Assembly: GCA_016779705.1 (NCBI GenBank)
Contig: JADHNB010000001.1
Location: 1,434-65,433 of the forward strand
Direction: 5' to 3'
Origin: Poseidonia sp.
GTDB lineage: Archaea; Thermoplasmatota; Poseidoniia; Poseidoniales; Poseidoniaceae
DNA: 64,000 nt
Positions 31,159 to 41,097 of the stretch are shown here, piece after piece. Both the position numbers and the translations under genes were made by a program. The notes under the pieces were generated by a model. It was not told the DNA's origin. It ran no database searches and was given only the letters and a program-made list of their open reading frames with translations. The stretch's first letter is position 1; every line of letters begins with the position of its first letter.

Positions 31159-32382
31159 TCAATCAACGGCGAACTTCCCGTCTTCAAGCAAGAGTGATTC
31201 ATCAAGCCAAATGCTCGGTGTGGCCAAAACACCCGAAATTTGGATACCCACGGCCGCCGTCCCTCCAAGGGTGGTGTTGTCGCCGATGGAGAAGTACGCC
31301 GTACCGAGTCGCTTTTCGTCTTCGAGGACGTTGCCAAGGAGTCGAGCGTTGGGGTTCATGCCGAACCCGAACTCGGCCACGGTCCACACGTTTTCCTGTT
31401 CTTTGCTCTTCAGCCGCTTCGCCGCTTCTCCGAAGGTTTGTCGGATTTGAGCGGCGGCCGTACCGCCTTTGACATCAACGACCAGCCCCTTCTCGACCTG
31501 CAGAAGAACGGGCTCATCCACGAGAGCCGAATCCCATGAGCCGTCGATGACGATGGTCCCGTTCATGGTCCCTTCTCGGGGCAAGGTGAAAATTTTGCCC
31601 GCAGGGAGGTTGGTCAACATGCGGGGCCGGTTGCACACACCGTTGTCATCAAGTTTCCATTCCCTCCAGTTGACTTCAAAGGTCACGTTGGTGCCTGACT
31701 CGGATTTGACGTTCACAATCCGCTTTCGCCGAAGCATGCTGTTCATTTCGCCGATGTTTTTCTTGATGATGTTGAAGTCTGCGGACATGCCACCTTCGGT
31801 GAACATCTCCAAGGTCATTCCGGGCATGGTAGCCACCCTTGCTCCGTCCTTGATGGCCTGGCGAACGGCACGGGTGTGGGTGAGCGAATACTTCGTCGGG
31901 GCGATGACCACCTGCTGTTGACGCATCAAGTTCGACACCGGGGCTGGGGGTTCTTCGCCGTGGTGACGTCCCTTGGGCATCACGATGAGCAACACCCGGT
32001 CAGAGCGAAGGCTCGCAGCATCGTGAAGCGCTTGGCCGATTTCGGTGGTCGTGGGGTCACAAACGATGAGAATGTTTTCTCCACGACGAAGGTCCATGCA
32101 AGTGTCGATGACGGTGAGGGCGCTCTTGGCCATTTTTTCCTCATGACCAACCTCAAGTTCCTCCCCGTCCGATTCCTGGTCCAGTTCTCGGTCCATCGTC
32201 ACCGGTTCTGGCTCCCCCTCGGCGAGGTCGACCACCTGTTCAATGTCCGCATCAACGAGGTCTTCATCCTCGCCGTCTGAGCCTTTTCGGCGAAACGGGA
32301 GGACCATGGTAGCGGTAGAGTTCAACCGTTCTTCAATGTGTGCTTTTTTGTCTTGAAATCCGTTCAGTTTACGCCGAACCAA
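31159..32382 (-). CDS. Aminopeptidase, M29 (thermophilic metalloprotease/AmpS-like) family; the acidic N-terminal region may be a mis-called extension.
   Basis: C-terminal AEFGFGMNPNARLLGNVLEDEKRLGTAYFSIGDN resembles the M29 metal-binding core. N-terminal 70 aa are strongly acidic, so the true start is uncertain. Confidence 0.55.
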   Translation of the reverse strand: MVRRKLNGFQDKKAHIEERLNSTATMVLPFRRKGSDGEDEDLVDADIEQVVDLAEGEPEPVTMDRELDQESDGEELEVGHEEKMAKSALTVIDTCMDLRRGENILIVCDPTTTEIGQALHDAASLRSDRVLLIVMPKGRHHGEEPPAPVSNLMRQQQVVIAPTKYSLTHTRAVRQAIKDGARVATMPGMTLEMFTEGGMSADFNIIKKNIGEMNSMLRRKRIVNVKSESGTNVTFEVNWREWKLDDNGVCNRPRMLTNLPAGKIFTLPREGTMNGTIVIDGSWDSALVDEPVLLQVEKGLVVDVKGGTAAAQIRQTFGEAAKRLKSKEQENVWTVAEFGFGMNPNARLLGNVLEDEKRLGTAYFSIGDNTTLGGTAAVGIQISGVLATPSIWLDESLLLEDGKFAVD

Positions 32383-32424
32383 CCGGATGGGAGCGTTGAA
32401 GAAGGCCCGTCACCTGTTCCGTTC

Positions 32425-33921
32425 ATGGAAGCCTACGACGAGTTCATTCAACGCGTGCAAGACATCCACCGACTCGGCGCCCTCCAGGGACACTTGGGAT
32501 GGGACCAAGAGGTGTTGATGCCGTCAAAGGGTGCCCAATCCCGTGGAGAAATGATGGCGTGGCTGGCCGGTCAACGCCATCAACAACTCACCGATGAGCG
32601 AATGGGATCCCTACTCCTTGCCCTCGAAACGCATGAGCTGGACAACGACCAGCGAGCCAACGTTCGTGAGATGCGAAGAATGTACGACCAGGCGGTGAAA
32701 TTGCCCAAATCCTTCGTTGAAAATTTCGCTCAAGCCCGCTCGGAAGCGTTGGTCGCGTGGCAAGAAGCCAGAGCCGCTTCGGATTTCGAAGCGTTCAAGC
32801 CCACCCTTGAACGACTCATCGCACTGACACGGGAAAAAATTGAGCGGCTTGGCGTGGTGACCACGCCCTACGATGTTTTGCTGGATGAGTACGAAGTCGG
32901 GATGACCGTCAGCGATTACGATCCGTTGTTCGCCGGTATGAAGGAGCGCTTGGTGCCGCTGCTTCAGGCCATTACCGAAGCCCAGCAGCGGACTCCTGAA
33001 CCTTCGATGCCAGCGGACCTTCGGTTTCCAGTTGAGGCCCAAAAGGCGTTTTGCAAGGCGGTTTCCACCAACATGGGGTTTGATTTCGAAGCTGGACGCA
33101 TGGACGCTTCCACTCACCCGTTCTCGGCCGGTTTGTGGCCTGGGGACACGCGATTCACCACGCGATTTGATGAGCAAGACCCGTTTTCTTGCCTTTACGC
33201 CGTGATGCACGAAACCGGGCACGCGCTCTATGAGCAGGGACTTGACCACCACCACCGATACACGCCTCGTGGCGGGGCCGTCTCGTTGGGGGTTCACGAA
33301 TCGCAAAGCCGATTTTGGGAGAATCAAATTGGGCGAACCGCCGCCTTCTGGAAGGTGGCGCTGCCGTGGTTCACAAAGGCGTTTCCCGACGCTCCAACGT
33401 GGGACGAGGCTTCCCTGAATCGGCTGGCCAATCGCGTTGAGAAAGGCTTCATTCGAGTTGAAGCCGATGAAGTGACATACAACTTACATGTGATGATACG
33501 CTACGAAATCGAGAAACGATTGTTCAACGAAGGCCTGGAGGTGGACCACATTCCAGCGATCTGGAATTCAATGTTCAAGGAATGGTTTGACATTGACGTT
33601 CCCGAAGACCGCTTGGGTTGTTTGCAAGACATTCACTGGTCCATGGGGGCCTTCGGCTATTTCCCCACCTATACGCTGGGCAACCTCTACGCCGCCCAAC
33701 TGCTTGAAGCGATGGCCGAATCGTTGGGCGACGTGACCGAATTGGTTGCCTCAGGTAATTGGGAACCGCTGTTGTCGTGGTTGCGCCCTCGCATCCATGA
33801 ACGCGGAAGTCAGGTGACGCCGGCTCAGCTCATCGAGGAAGCCACGGGTTCCCCTCCAAGTCCGGAACCCTTCCTTCGCTACGTGGAAGAAAAATACGGG
33901 GCGCTGTACGGGCTGTCCTAA
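32425..33921 (+). CDS. Carboxypeptidase Taq (M32) family metallocarboxypeptidase
   Basis: HExxH zinc motif in the M32 context (AVMHETGHALYEQG), IRVEADEVTYNLH and DIHWSMGAFGYFPTYTLG signatures. Start at internal Met MEAYDEF. Confidence 0.8.
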   Translation: MEAYDEFIQRVQDIHRLGALQGHLGWDQEVLMPSKGAQSRGEMMAWLAGQRHQQLTDERMGSLLLALETHELDNDQRANVREMRRMYDQAVKLPKSFVENFAQARSEALVAWQEARAASDFEAFKPTLERLIALTREKIERLGVVTTPYDVLLDEYEVGMTVSDYDPLFAGMKERLVPLLQAITEAQQRTPEPSMPADLRFPVEAQKAFCKAVSTNMGFDFEAGRMDASTHPFSAGLWPGDTRFTTRFDEQDPFSCLYAVMHETGHALYEQGLDHHHRYTPRGGAVSLGVHESQSRFWENQIGRTAAFWKVALPWFTKAFPDAPTWDEASLNRLANRVEKGFIRVEADEVTYNLHVMIRYEIEKRLFNEGLEVDHIPAIWNSMFKEWFDIDVPEDRLGCLQDIHWSMGAFGYFPTYTLGNLYAAQLLEAMAESLGDVTELVASGNWEPLLSWLRPRIHERGSQVTPAQLIEEATGSPPSPEPFLRYVEEKYGALYGLS

Positions 33922-35342
33922 GACCACGGCATCATGACGATGGGTTGACCCACGCTGCCGGGCTCAACCAACAAGCGGCCTTTTGGCCCCGTGGCCTCGG
34001 TTCGTTCAAACACCGGTGTACCGTTCACCACCGTGACTTGCGTCCAGCCAACCAGCTCGTGCCCGTGGAACGGACTCCAGCCAACTCGACTCCACACGTG
34101 AGCGTCGTCAACGGTGACCGAGGTGTCCATGTCAACCAGAATCACGTCTCCGTCCGCACCCTCCTCCAGGCGTCCTTTTCCAATCATGTTGTAGCATTCA
34201 GCCACGTTGGTTGACATCCAGCGGACCACGTCTTCGATCGAACACGCGCCGTTTTTGGCGTGGGTCAACATCACGGCAAGCGAGGTTTCAACACCCGGCA
34301 TCCCGCTGGGTGCCGTTGGGAAACCCGCTGCTTTGGCTTCAAGGGTGTGGGGGGCGTGGTCGGTGGCGATGCATTGGATGGTCCCCTGCTTGAGGTGATG
34401 CCACAACGTGTCTCGGTCCTTGGCATACCGGATGGGTGGATTCATTTTGAGTCGAGTGCCAACGCGCTCAACATCGGTCTCGTCAAACGTCAGGTGTTGC
34501 GGGAGGGTTTCGGTGGTGATGATCGCCGCATCCTCGCTCGTGACATCGCTGGGGAGCGAGGTGATGCCTTCCAACCAATCGGCCTCCAAGCCGCTGGTAA
34601 GGTGAAGTACGTGCAGGCGGTGGCCTGAGGCTTGCGCCAATTCCACGGCGAGTTGCGTGGCCAGCAAGGCGGTGACATCGTCTCGCCATTCTGCATGCGC
34701 TGCCATGTCGGTCCGATCCTTGACCGCTTCGAAGCGTTCGATGAGCCGTTGTTCATCCTCAGCGTGGACGGCGATGAGCCCACCCGTTTCGTTGAAAATT
34801 CGTTCAAGCGCTTCTCGCTCGTTCACCAACAACGTGCCCGTTGAGGAACCCATGAACACCTTGATGCCGCAAATGCCCGGAATGCTGACCGGTTCTTCAG
34901 GCGTCCCCACGGCTTCCTGGAGGTCGGTCACGTTCTCGGGCGTGGCTCCAATGAAAAATCCGTAGTTGTTGACGCACTTCGCAGCCGCCGTGGCCAACTT
35001 CATGTTCATGCCGTCCATATCGGTGATGGACGGTTTGTTGTTGGGCATGTCCAGAAACGACGTCACGCCCCCGCTCACGGCGGCGGCCGAACCCGAACCC
35101 AAGTCTTCCTTTTCGGGTTGGCCAGGGTCGCGAAAGTGACATTGCGGGTCAATCATGCCCGGCATCAGGTGCAAGCCCCGTGCATCGATGTACAATTCGT
35201 CCTCCATCGGTTCCAAGACGTTTCCTACCGATACGGTGTGAATCACCCCGTCTCGAATACGAAGGTCTCCTTGAGCGGTCGTGTTGGGCAGGACCATCGT
35301 TGCGCCGTGAATCAAGACGTTGCCATCCATGGTGTTCACCAA
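33918..35342 (-). CDS. pyrC: Cyclic amidohydrolase, dihydroorotase-like (PyrC/dihydropyrimidinase/allantoinase superfamily)
   Basis: Metal-binding motif GMIDPQCHFRDPG (DxHxH-R-PG) and GGVTSFLDMPNNKP. Exact subfamily not resolvable by eye. Confidence 0.55.
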   Translation of the reverse strand: MVNTMDGNVLIHGATMVLPNTTAQGDLRIRDGVIHTVSVGNVLEPMEDELYIDARGLHLMPGMIDPQCHFRDPGQPEKEDLGSGSAAAVSGGVTSFLDMPNNKPSITDMDGMNMKLATAAAKCVNNYGFFIGATPENVTDLQEAVGTPEEPVSIPGICGIKVFMGSSTGTLLVNEREALERIFNETGGLIAVHAEDEQRLIERFEAVKDRTDMAAHAEWRDDVTALLATQLAVELAQASGHRLHVLHLTSGLEADWLEGITSLPSDVTSEDAAIITTETLPQHLTFDETDVERVGTRLKMNPPIRYAKDRDTLWHHLKQGTIQCIATDHAPHTLEAKAAGFPTAPSGMPGVETSLAVMLTHAKNGACSIEDVVRWMSTNVAECYNMIGKGRLEEGADGDVILVDMDTSVTVDDAHVWSRVGWSPFHGHELVGWTQVTVVNGTPVFERTEATGPKGRLLVEPGSVGQPIVMMPWS

Positions 35343-35384
35343 AGGTAGGGTGAAGCCGTCGGCTCATCAACATGATGCAGCGGT

Positions 35385-35981
35385 TTAAGGAAGCCGTCGT
35401 GCACTCTTTGGGCGAAAGGCATCGCAGATCGCTTCGTCCATGTCCATGTACGGGCCACCCATCAAGTCCACGCAGTAGGGGACGGCTTTCCAAATCTCAT
35501 CGATGGTCTCTCGAATCGCCTTGGGCCTTCCGGGCAAGTTGAACAGCAAGGAGGCGCCTCGTAGGCCACCGACCTGCCGAGAGAGAATCGCCGTGGGCAC
35601 GAAGGCCAACGAAATGGCTCGCATTTGCTCGCCAAAGCCCGGCATCATGCGGTCGCACACCGCTTCCGTGGCTTCCGGGGTGATGTCGCGGGCCGCCGGT
35701 CCGGTACCGCCCGTGGTCACGACCACGTGGCACCCCACTTCGTCGGTCAACTCGATCAGGGCCTGCTCAACGGCGTCCCGTTCGTCAGGGACGCATCGGT
35801 AATGAGCGGTCCAAGGGCTTTTGATGGCTTCTTCGAAGAATCCGCAGATCGCCGGCCCGCCTTCGTCCTCGTAGGTGCCTTGGCTGGCACGGTCGCTGAC
35901 GGTGACGATGCCCAACACCACGAGGTCGCCGAGATGACCGTCCTTACCGCTGCCTTGAGTGACGGGATTCATGCCCATCAC
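35385..35981 (-). CDS. moaB: Molybdenum cofactor biosynthesis protein MoaB/MogA family
   Basis: LVVLGIVTVSDRASQGTYEDEGGPAI and GGTG motifs of the MoCF-biosynthesis domain. Confidence 0.75.
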   Translation of the reverse strand: MMGMNPVTQGSGKDGHLGDLVVLGIVTVSDRASQGTYEDEGGPAICGFFEEAIKSPWTAHYRCVPDERDAVEQALIELTDEVGCHVVVTTGGTGPAARDITPEATEAVCDRMMPGFGEQMRAISLAFVPTAILSRQVGGLRGASLLFNLPGRPKAIRETIDEIWKAVPYCVDLMGGPYMDMDEAICDAFRPKSARRLP

Positions 35982-38105
35982 CTACTGGTCGCCGTATTTT
36001 GCCACGATGTCGGCGTGGAAGTTGTCGAGCAGGGTGTCTTCAAACAATTCGGTTTGGCGGCGCATTTTGGTCGAGCGGATGTGGAGGACGGCCATCAAGA
36101 TGAAGACGCCGATCACGAGAGGGATGAAAACCTCGAGCTTGTACTGGTGCATGAACTTCACGATGCCTTCGGCGGTGTAGGCCCAAGTGATGGAGGCGAT
36201 GGAACCGCCGATCAACGTCGCCAGCAACACGCGCATGAACTGCATTCGGGAAAGCAAGCCCAACATGGCACCCACGAGCACTCCTGAGGCCATGAACGGA
36301 ATCCAAACGAAGAAAATCAACCCCCAGAATCCCCACTTGTTGATCATTTCACGCTTTTCGTTGGCCATGTATTCCACGGTCGACAGCGTGTCACCGAGGA
36401 ACTTGGTTTGCAACATGCGTCCGCCGAGCCCGTCCTGGCGAGCCACCGCCACGATCCGCTCGTCGTCTTCTTGGGAGCGACGCTCAACCCTTCCAGCGCC
36501 CGAACGGTCGGCCAACGTCGAGACTTCGTTTCGTGTCTTGACGATGAGTTCTTGCGACCCAAGAATCTCCTCGTTACGGTCGTGGATGAATCGGAACAGT
36601 TCGTCCTTCATCTGCGTTGACGTCTTTCGAAATCGGAAGAACGCAAAGCGCTGGGTGGGGCGGTAAATCACGGAAACAAAGACGACACGGTCATCACTGG
36701 TCACGACCGCTCCTTTCATTTCCACGTCGTTTCGACGGGTGAAGAAGAGATCGAGGCTGTCCCGTACATCGTCTTCAATGCGAGAGAGCGAGTGCAGTTC
36801 GGAGAAGAAGGAGGAGTAATCCTGCTGTTCCTTGAGCGCATCCTCCTCGGATTCAGCACGGGTTCCGATGCCGACGCCCGAATCGAAGTCAATGCTTTGG
36901 CCCGCCCCAATCACCCGAACGTTGAGTTGGACGGGCTTGAAGACACGGAAAATCGCAAACTCTTCGAGAAGGTGACGCAACAATTCCGCCCGTACTTCCT
37001 TTGAATCCGAGAGGGTGTTTTCGGTGTTCTGGTAGGCCACCATGATGTCGATGGACAAATCTCTCACTTCGGTTTTGAAGAGTTCATCGTCGATGTCAAT
37101 GCCCAATTGACCGCCCACGCCGTACACCGTGTCCTCAACCAGTCGTGTGATGTGGGTTCGGGATAAGATGTCGTCAGTGTCTTGGTGGTACACTTTGTAC
37201 ATCACGGGATAGATGATGAGCAGGGAGATGATGGAGAGGGAGAGCGAAATGAACGCCATCCACCAAGCGGGAATGCCGGCGGCGCCGCCCGTGAGCATGG
37301 CGGTCTCTCGACCCCCGCCCAATTCGGCGCCCATGAGCAAATAGCCCCAATCCCCGAGGTCCTGGACCGTCCAACAGGTGCGTGGCCCGGAGTCCTCAAT
37401 GCGGACGTCCGAGTGTTCGTCGTCATCGACGAACGGCAAGAAGGCCAAGGCTTCCTTGGAAATCGTGTGTTCGAACAAAACGGAGGTGCTTAGTGGGCCA
37501 ACAACCAGCGAGGCGTTGGGATCTTTGCTCTCCTTGACCGTGACTTCGAAGAGCAATTCAAAGTGGCCCTCAGGCAACGCTGCGTAGGGCGCTCGGAAGT
37601 AGGCTCGGCCGTGGTTTTGGTCGGCTTTGTTGATCTCTCGCGTCGTGCCGTTGGAGCCGTGCTCACCCTCAACGATGGATTTCGTTTGTTCGTTGTGAAT
37701 CTCAAAGAAGCTGTAATTGAGGTAGGCAATACCGTTGGGCAGGTTGTGTCCGGCGATGGAAAACAACTCCCGGTCGGGGTCAGGGAAGATGTTGAGCCAC
37801 GGCTCATCGGTGATTTCTTCGCATTCTTCGCCGATGTCGAGGAAGGTTTCGGAAGCGGCGTGGTCCAGTGCGGTGGAATCACCGAGCATCCCAGAGGACA
37901 TCGAAAACAACAGCAGGGCGAAGAGGATGCCGTAAACGACGCCGCCCATCAGAACATAATCCTCGATCTTTGAAAGGAACATGCGGCCGCCGCCCATGCG
38001 CCGTTGCCGAATTTCTTGCAATTCCTTGGCTTCTCTGTCTCGAGAGCGACCATGGTCGTCGGTCCCTTCATTGGTGACGGGATCCGCATCAAGCCCCCTC
38101 GCCAT
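35982..38105 (-). CDS. Large polytopic membrane protein (707 aa) of unknown function
   Basis: Multiple hydrophobic helices at both ends and a large hydrophilic central region. Possibly a DUF2070-type archaeal membrane protein, but not verifiable here. Confidence 0.45.
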   Translation of the reverse strand: MARGLDADPVTNEGTDDHGRSRDREAKELQEIRQRRMGGGRMFLSKIEDYVLMGGVVYGILFALLLFSMSSGMLGDSTALDHAASETFLDIGEECEEITDEPWLNIFPDPDRELFSIAGHNLPNGIAYLNYSFFEIHNEQTKSIVEGEHGSNGTTREINKADQNHGRAYFRAPYAALPEGHFELLFEVTVKESKDPNASLVVGPLSTSVLFEHTISKEALAFLPFVDDDEHSDVRIEDSGPRTCWTVQDLGDWGYLLMGAELGGGRETAMLTGGAAGIPAWWMAFISLSLSIISLLIIYPVMYKVYHQDTDDILSRTHITRLVEDTVYGVGGQLGIDIDDELFKTEVRDLSIDIMVAYQNTENTLSDSKEVRAELLRHLLEEFAIFRVFKPVQLNVRVIGAGQSIDFDSGVGIGTRAESEEDALKEQQDYSSFFSELHSLSRIEDDVRDSLDLFFTRRNDVEMKGAVVTSDDRVVFVSVIYRPTQRFAFFRFRKTSTQMKDELFRFIHDRNEEILGSQELIVKTRNEVSTLADRSGAGRVERRSQEDDERIVAVARQDGLGGRMLQTKFLGDTLSTVEYMANEKREMINKWGFWGLIFFVWIPFMASGVLVGAMLGLLSRMQFMRVLLATLIGGSIASITWAYTAEGIVKFMHQYKLEVFIPLVIGVFILMAVLHIRSTKMRRQTELFEDTLLDNFHADIVAKYGDQ

Positions 38106-38225
38106 GATGTTGCATGGAAGGTCCAGTTCAAGAAACCTTTTCCTTTTCTTGGATGGGTCTCAAGCAAAGACTATCGTTCTATAGAAAATAAGGGGCGAGA
38201 CAGCGTCCGCGGAATACGAGGGAGT

Positions 38226-38301
38226 TGGTGGGTCAGGCCGGACTTGAACCAGCGACCTCGGCATCTTCAGTGCCGCGCTCTCCCAACTAAGCTACTGACC
38301 C
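38226..38301 (-). tRNA. tRNA-Phe (anticodon GAA), CCA encoded, G37 in anticodon loop
   Basis: Reverse complement folds as GGGTCAG-T-A-GCTT-AGTTGGGA-GAGC-G-CGGCA-CTGAAGA-TGCCG-AGGTC-GCTGG-TTCAAGT-CCGGC-CTGACCC-A-CCA. Seven-bp acceptor, GTTC-like T-loop. Confidence 0.9.
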
Positions 38302-38377
38302 GTGCAACGCTGGCGAGACCCCTCGCCATATCAAGGCTTCCGATGAGGTTGGTTCGCCCGATTTTCGGGCCGGTGCT

Positions 38378-39202
38378 TCACTGGGCGGCATCAAGCGTCG
38401 CTGCCTGGAAGGCGAACAACGCCTCCAAACCAGCATCGGCGCCCTTGAGCAGAGCGGTCAACTCCTCGGCGGAGAAGGTAGATTCTTCCCCGGTCCCCTG
38501 CACCTCGACGTACTTCCCGTCGCTGGTCTTGATGACGTTCATGTCCACATCAGCGTTTGAATCGAGGACATAGTCGAGGTCGAGGTAGACGTCGCCGTCG
38601 ATGAGGCCCACCGAGACCGCCGCCAAATCATGCGGCAGCACGGCCTGTTCGTGATTGGCACATTCCACCTCGCTCAAGGTGGGCGGCGTCCACCCGTCCT
38701 TGCGTTGTTCGAAGGTGGGTCGAAGGTCAACCGGAAGACAGTCGCCTGAACTGATCAAGCGACGAACGGCCAAGCGAAGCGCGATGTTGGCGGCCGTGAT
38801 GGAAGCGCATCGCGTGCCGCCGTCAGCGTTGAGCACATCGCAATCCACGTTCAAAGCGATGGGGCCGAGGGCTTCAAGGTTCACCGCTGCTCGAAGCGAA
38901 CGGGCGATGAGCCGCTCAATTTCTTGGGTGCGGCCCTTGGCTCCGTTTCGCTCACGGCGGAAACGAGAGTCGGTGGAACCGGGAAGAAGGGAATATTCTG
39001 CATGCACCCAGCCCTTGGTGGCGTCTCGGGGGAACCAGCGTGGCAGTGAAGCTTCTTTGGTGCAGCACGCCAACACGACGGTGTTCCCTTGCTTGTAGAG
39101 CACCGACGCTAAGGCATTGGGTGTAAAATCGAGGGTGACTTCCGGTGTCCGCATTTCATCGGAGGCTCGAGAGAGGTTGAGGTCGGTTTTGAATTTCGCC
39201 AT
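38378..39202 (-). CDS. rph: Ribonuclease PH (bacterial Rph-like) with C-terminal extension
   Basis: Near-collinear with E. coli Rph: GRTQEIERLIARSLRAAV versus GRTMEIQRLIARALRAAV; LDCDVLNADGGTRCASITAANIALRLA versus [24 protein letters not shown]. Confidence 0.8.
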   Translation of the reverse strand: MAKFKTDLNLSRASDEMRTPEVTLDFTPNALASVLYKQGNTVVLACCTKEASLPRWFPRDATKGWVHAEYSLLPGSTDSRFRRERNGAKGRTQEIERLIARSLRAAVNLEALGPIALNVDCDVLNADGGTRCASITAANIALRLAVRRLISSGDCLPVDLRPTFEQRKDGWTPPTLSEVECANHEQAVLPHDLAAVSVGLIDGDVYLDLDYVLDSNADVDMNVIKTSDGKYVEVQGTGEESTFSAEELTALLKGADAGLEALFAFQAATLDAAQ

Positions 39203-39293
39203 GCCACGGCCAGTGCATGGGACTCATCAAGGCTTCTCAACCGCTTTGTGGCGCCGTGGGCATGTTCAAAGCATGCCATGAGGTGGCAAGGGC

Positions 39294-40487
39294 ATGAGCC
39301 AACCAAAGGCTGTGATTTGCGCCGTTGCCCGAACGCCCATTGGCAAATTCATGGGAACGCTTTCCTCGTTGAAAGCCGTTGATTTGGGCGTCCTTGCCGT
39401 GAAGGAACTGCTTCAACGGGCAGGGATTGACCCCGCCTCCGGCGTGGTCGATGAGGTGCTGTTTGGCCAAGTGCTCCAAGCGGGGGCAGGACAAAACCCC
39501 GCCCGTCAAGTAGCGTTGGGAGCCGGCATGCCGGTATCAACGCCCTGCACCACCATCAACAAGGTGTGCGGTTCCTCGCTCAAGGCCGCCATGATGGCCG
39601 CCAACAGCATCCGTGCGGGCGAGTACAAGGTCATCGTGGCCGGTGGCATGGAGAGCATGAGCAACGCACCTCAACTGCTGATGGGGCAACGCACGGGCAC
39701 GAAAATGGGCGATTCCAAATTGGTTGACTCCATGATCCACGACGGATTGTGGGACGTCTACAACGACGTTCACATGGGCACGACCGGTGAAACGGTGGCC
39801 GACGAATGCAACATCAGTCGAGAGGCCATGGACGCCTTTGCGGCACGCAGCCAACAGCGAGCGGCTGAAGCTTGGGCCAACGGTTGGTTTGATTGGGAAA
39901 CGTTCCCGGTGGAAATCCCGCAGCGTCGGGGCGACCCCGTGGTCCTCAGCAACGACGAAGGGGTGCGAGGCGGCACCACCGCAGAATCCTTGGCGGGTCT
40001 TCGCCCCGTGTTCAACCGAGAAGGCGCCGTGACGGCCGGCAACGCCAGCACCCTCAACGACGGTGCCAGTGCGGTGTTGGTCGCTGAGGCTGAATTCGCC
40101 CAAGCTCAAGGCTGGGACATCATCGCCACCATCGAGGACTACTGCACCTCGGGCGTTGAACCCGCTCGGGTGATGAGCGCCCCGATTCCTGCGGTCAAGA
40201 CGCTGCTTGAGCGCAACGGCTTGGATGTCTTGGATGTGGACGTCTACGAGCACAACGAAGCCTTCGCTTCCGCCTCGTGTGCGGTGGCACAGGAAGTCGG
40301 CATTCCAGACGACCGGTTCAACCTTCATGGCGGAGCGGTGAGCTTGGGCCACCCCCTTGGGGCGAGCGGCACCCGCTGCCTCATCACCATGCTCGGGGTC
40401 ATGCGACGTCTCGAGGCCACCTCAGGAATCGTGACGTTGTGCTTGGGCGGTGGAAACGCCGTGGCCATGTACGTCAAGCGGTCTTGA
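39294..40487 (+). CDS. Acetyl-CoA C-acetyltransferase (thiolase II, bacterial type)
   Basis: Thiolase signatures NKVCGSSLKA (active Cys), GGMESMSN, NEAFA, HGGAVSLGHPLGASG, CLGGG. Confidence 0.85.
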   Translation: MSQPKAVICAVARTPIGKFMGTLSSLKAVDLGVLAVKELLQRAGIDPASGVVDEVLFGQVLQAGAGQNPARQVALGAGMPVSTPCTTINKVCGSSLKAAMMAANSIRAGEYKVIVAGGMESMSNAPQLLMGQRTGTKMGDSKLVDSMIHDGLWDVYNDVHMGTTGETVADECNISREAMDAFAARSQQRAAEAWANGWFDWETFPVEIPQRRGDPVVLSNDEGVRGGTTAESLAGLRPVFNREGAVTAGNASTLNDGASAVLVAEAEFAQAQGWDIIATIEDYCTSGVEPARVMSAPIPAVKTLLERNGLDVLDVDVYEHNEAFASASCAVAQEVGIPDDRFNLHGGAVSLGHPLGASGTRCLITMLGVMRRLEATSGIVTLCLGGGNAVAMYVKRS

Positions 40488-40683
40488 ACACCATGGCACG
40501 CAGAGCGTGTTCACGTGGGTAGGCTATGACAAAGCCCACTGCGAGCCCTTTGATTGGGTCAAAACGTATCAGTGGGTTTGTGCATTGACTCTTTGGTTCG
40601 TTCGAATAACGATTGAATCAAGGCCTCGTTTTCTCAAAATCGGAACGTGGTAATGAGGATTGATTTGAGAGTCAATTTCAGAC

Positions 40684-40899
40684 CTACCGAGAGAACGACG
40701 ATATGAACCAGGACAAGTAAAGACCGCCGATCACCAGAGCGAGAAGGGCGATGATGGCAAAGATAGTGCGGACCTTCCATTCCATGCTGCGAACTTCTTC
40801 CTCACGCCCGCTTTCCTTCACCCTTTTCTGAACATAGAAATATGCGAGTATAAGGACGGCAGCCAGGGCTAACCTTCCACCGATCGAAATTTCAACCAT
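40684..40899 (-). CDS. Small two-TM membrane protein (71 aa), hypothetical
   Basis: Two hydrophobic helices. Sits in an AT-rich 600-nt intergenic island with a TATA-like GATATATTTT 18 nt upstream. Confidence 0.3.
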   Translation of the reverse strand: MVEISIGGRLALAAVLILAYFYVQKRVKESGREEEVRSMEWKVRTIFAIIALLALVIGGLYLSWFISSFSR

Positions 40900-41097
40900 G
40901 CTGTTTCTCTGGAGAATACTAGGATATATTTTGTCCCTCCATGTTGCGATGGTCCAATGATATCGTCAATCAACATTTTTCAAAGCGCGTCAAAACAGAG
41001 GGTCCCCTCTGACCAGACGGGTCATCAGACCGTACGGTTGGGTTCACGGGCGTACACAAGGGCTCCCTTCGTGAACGGCTTGGTGTTCGCCGAAGAC

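Noticed and set aside
40450-40653. 67-aa plus-strand ORF overlapping the thiolase stop
   Set aside because: Overlaps the thiolase 3' end in another frame, has no motif or signal. The region is better treated as non-coding.
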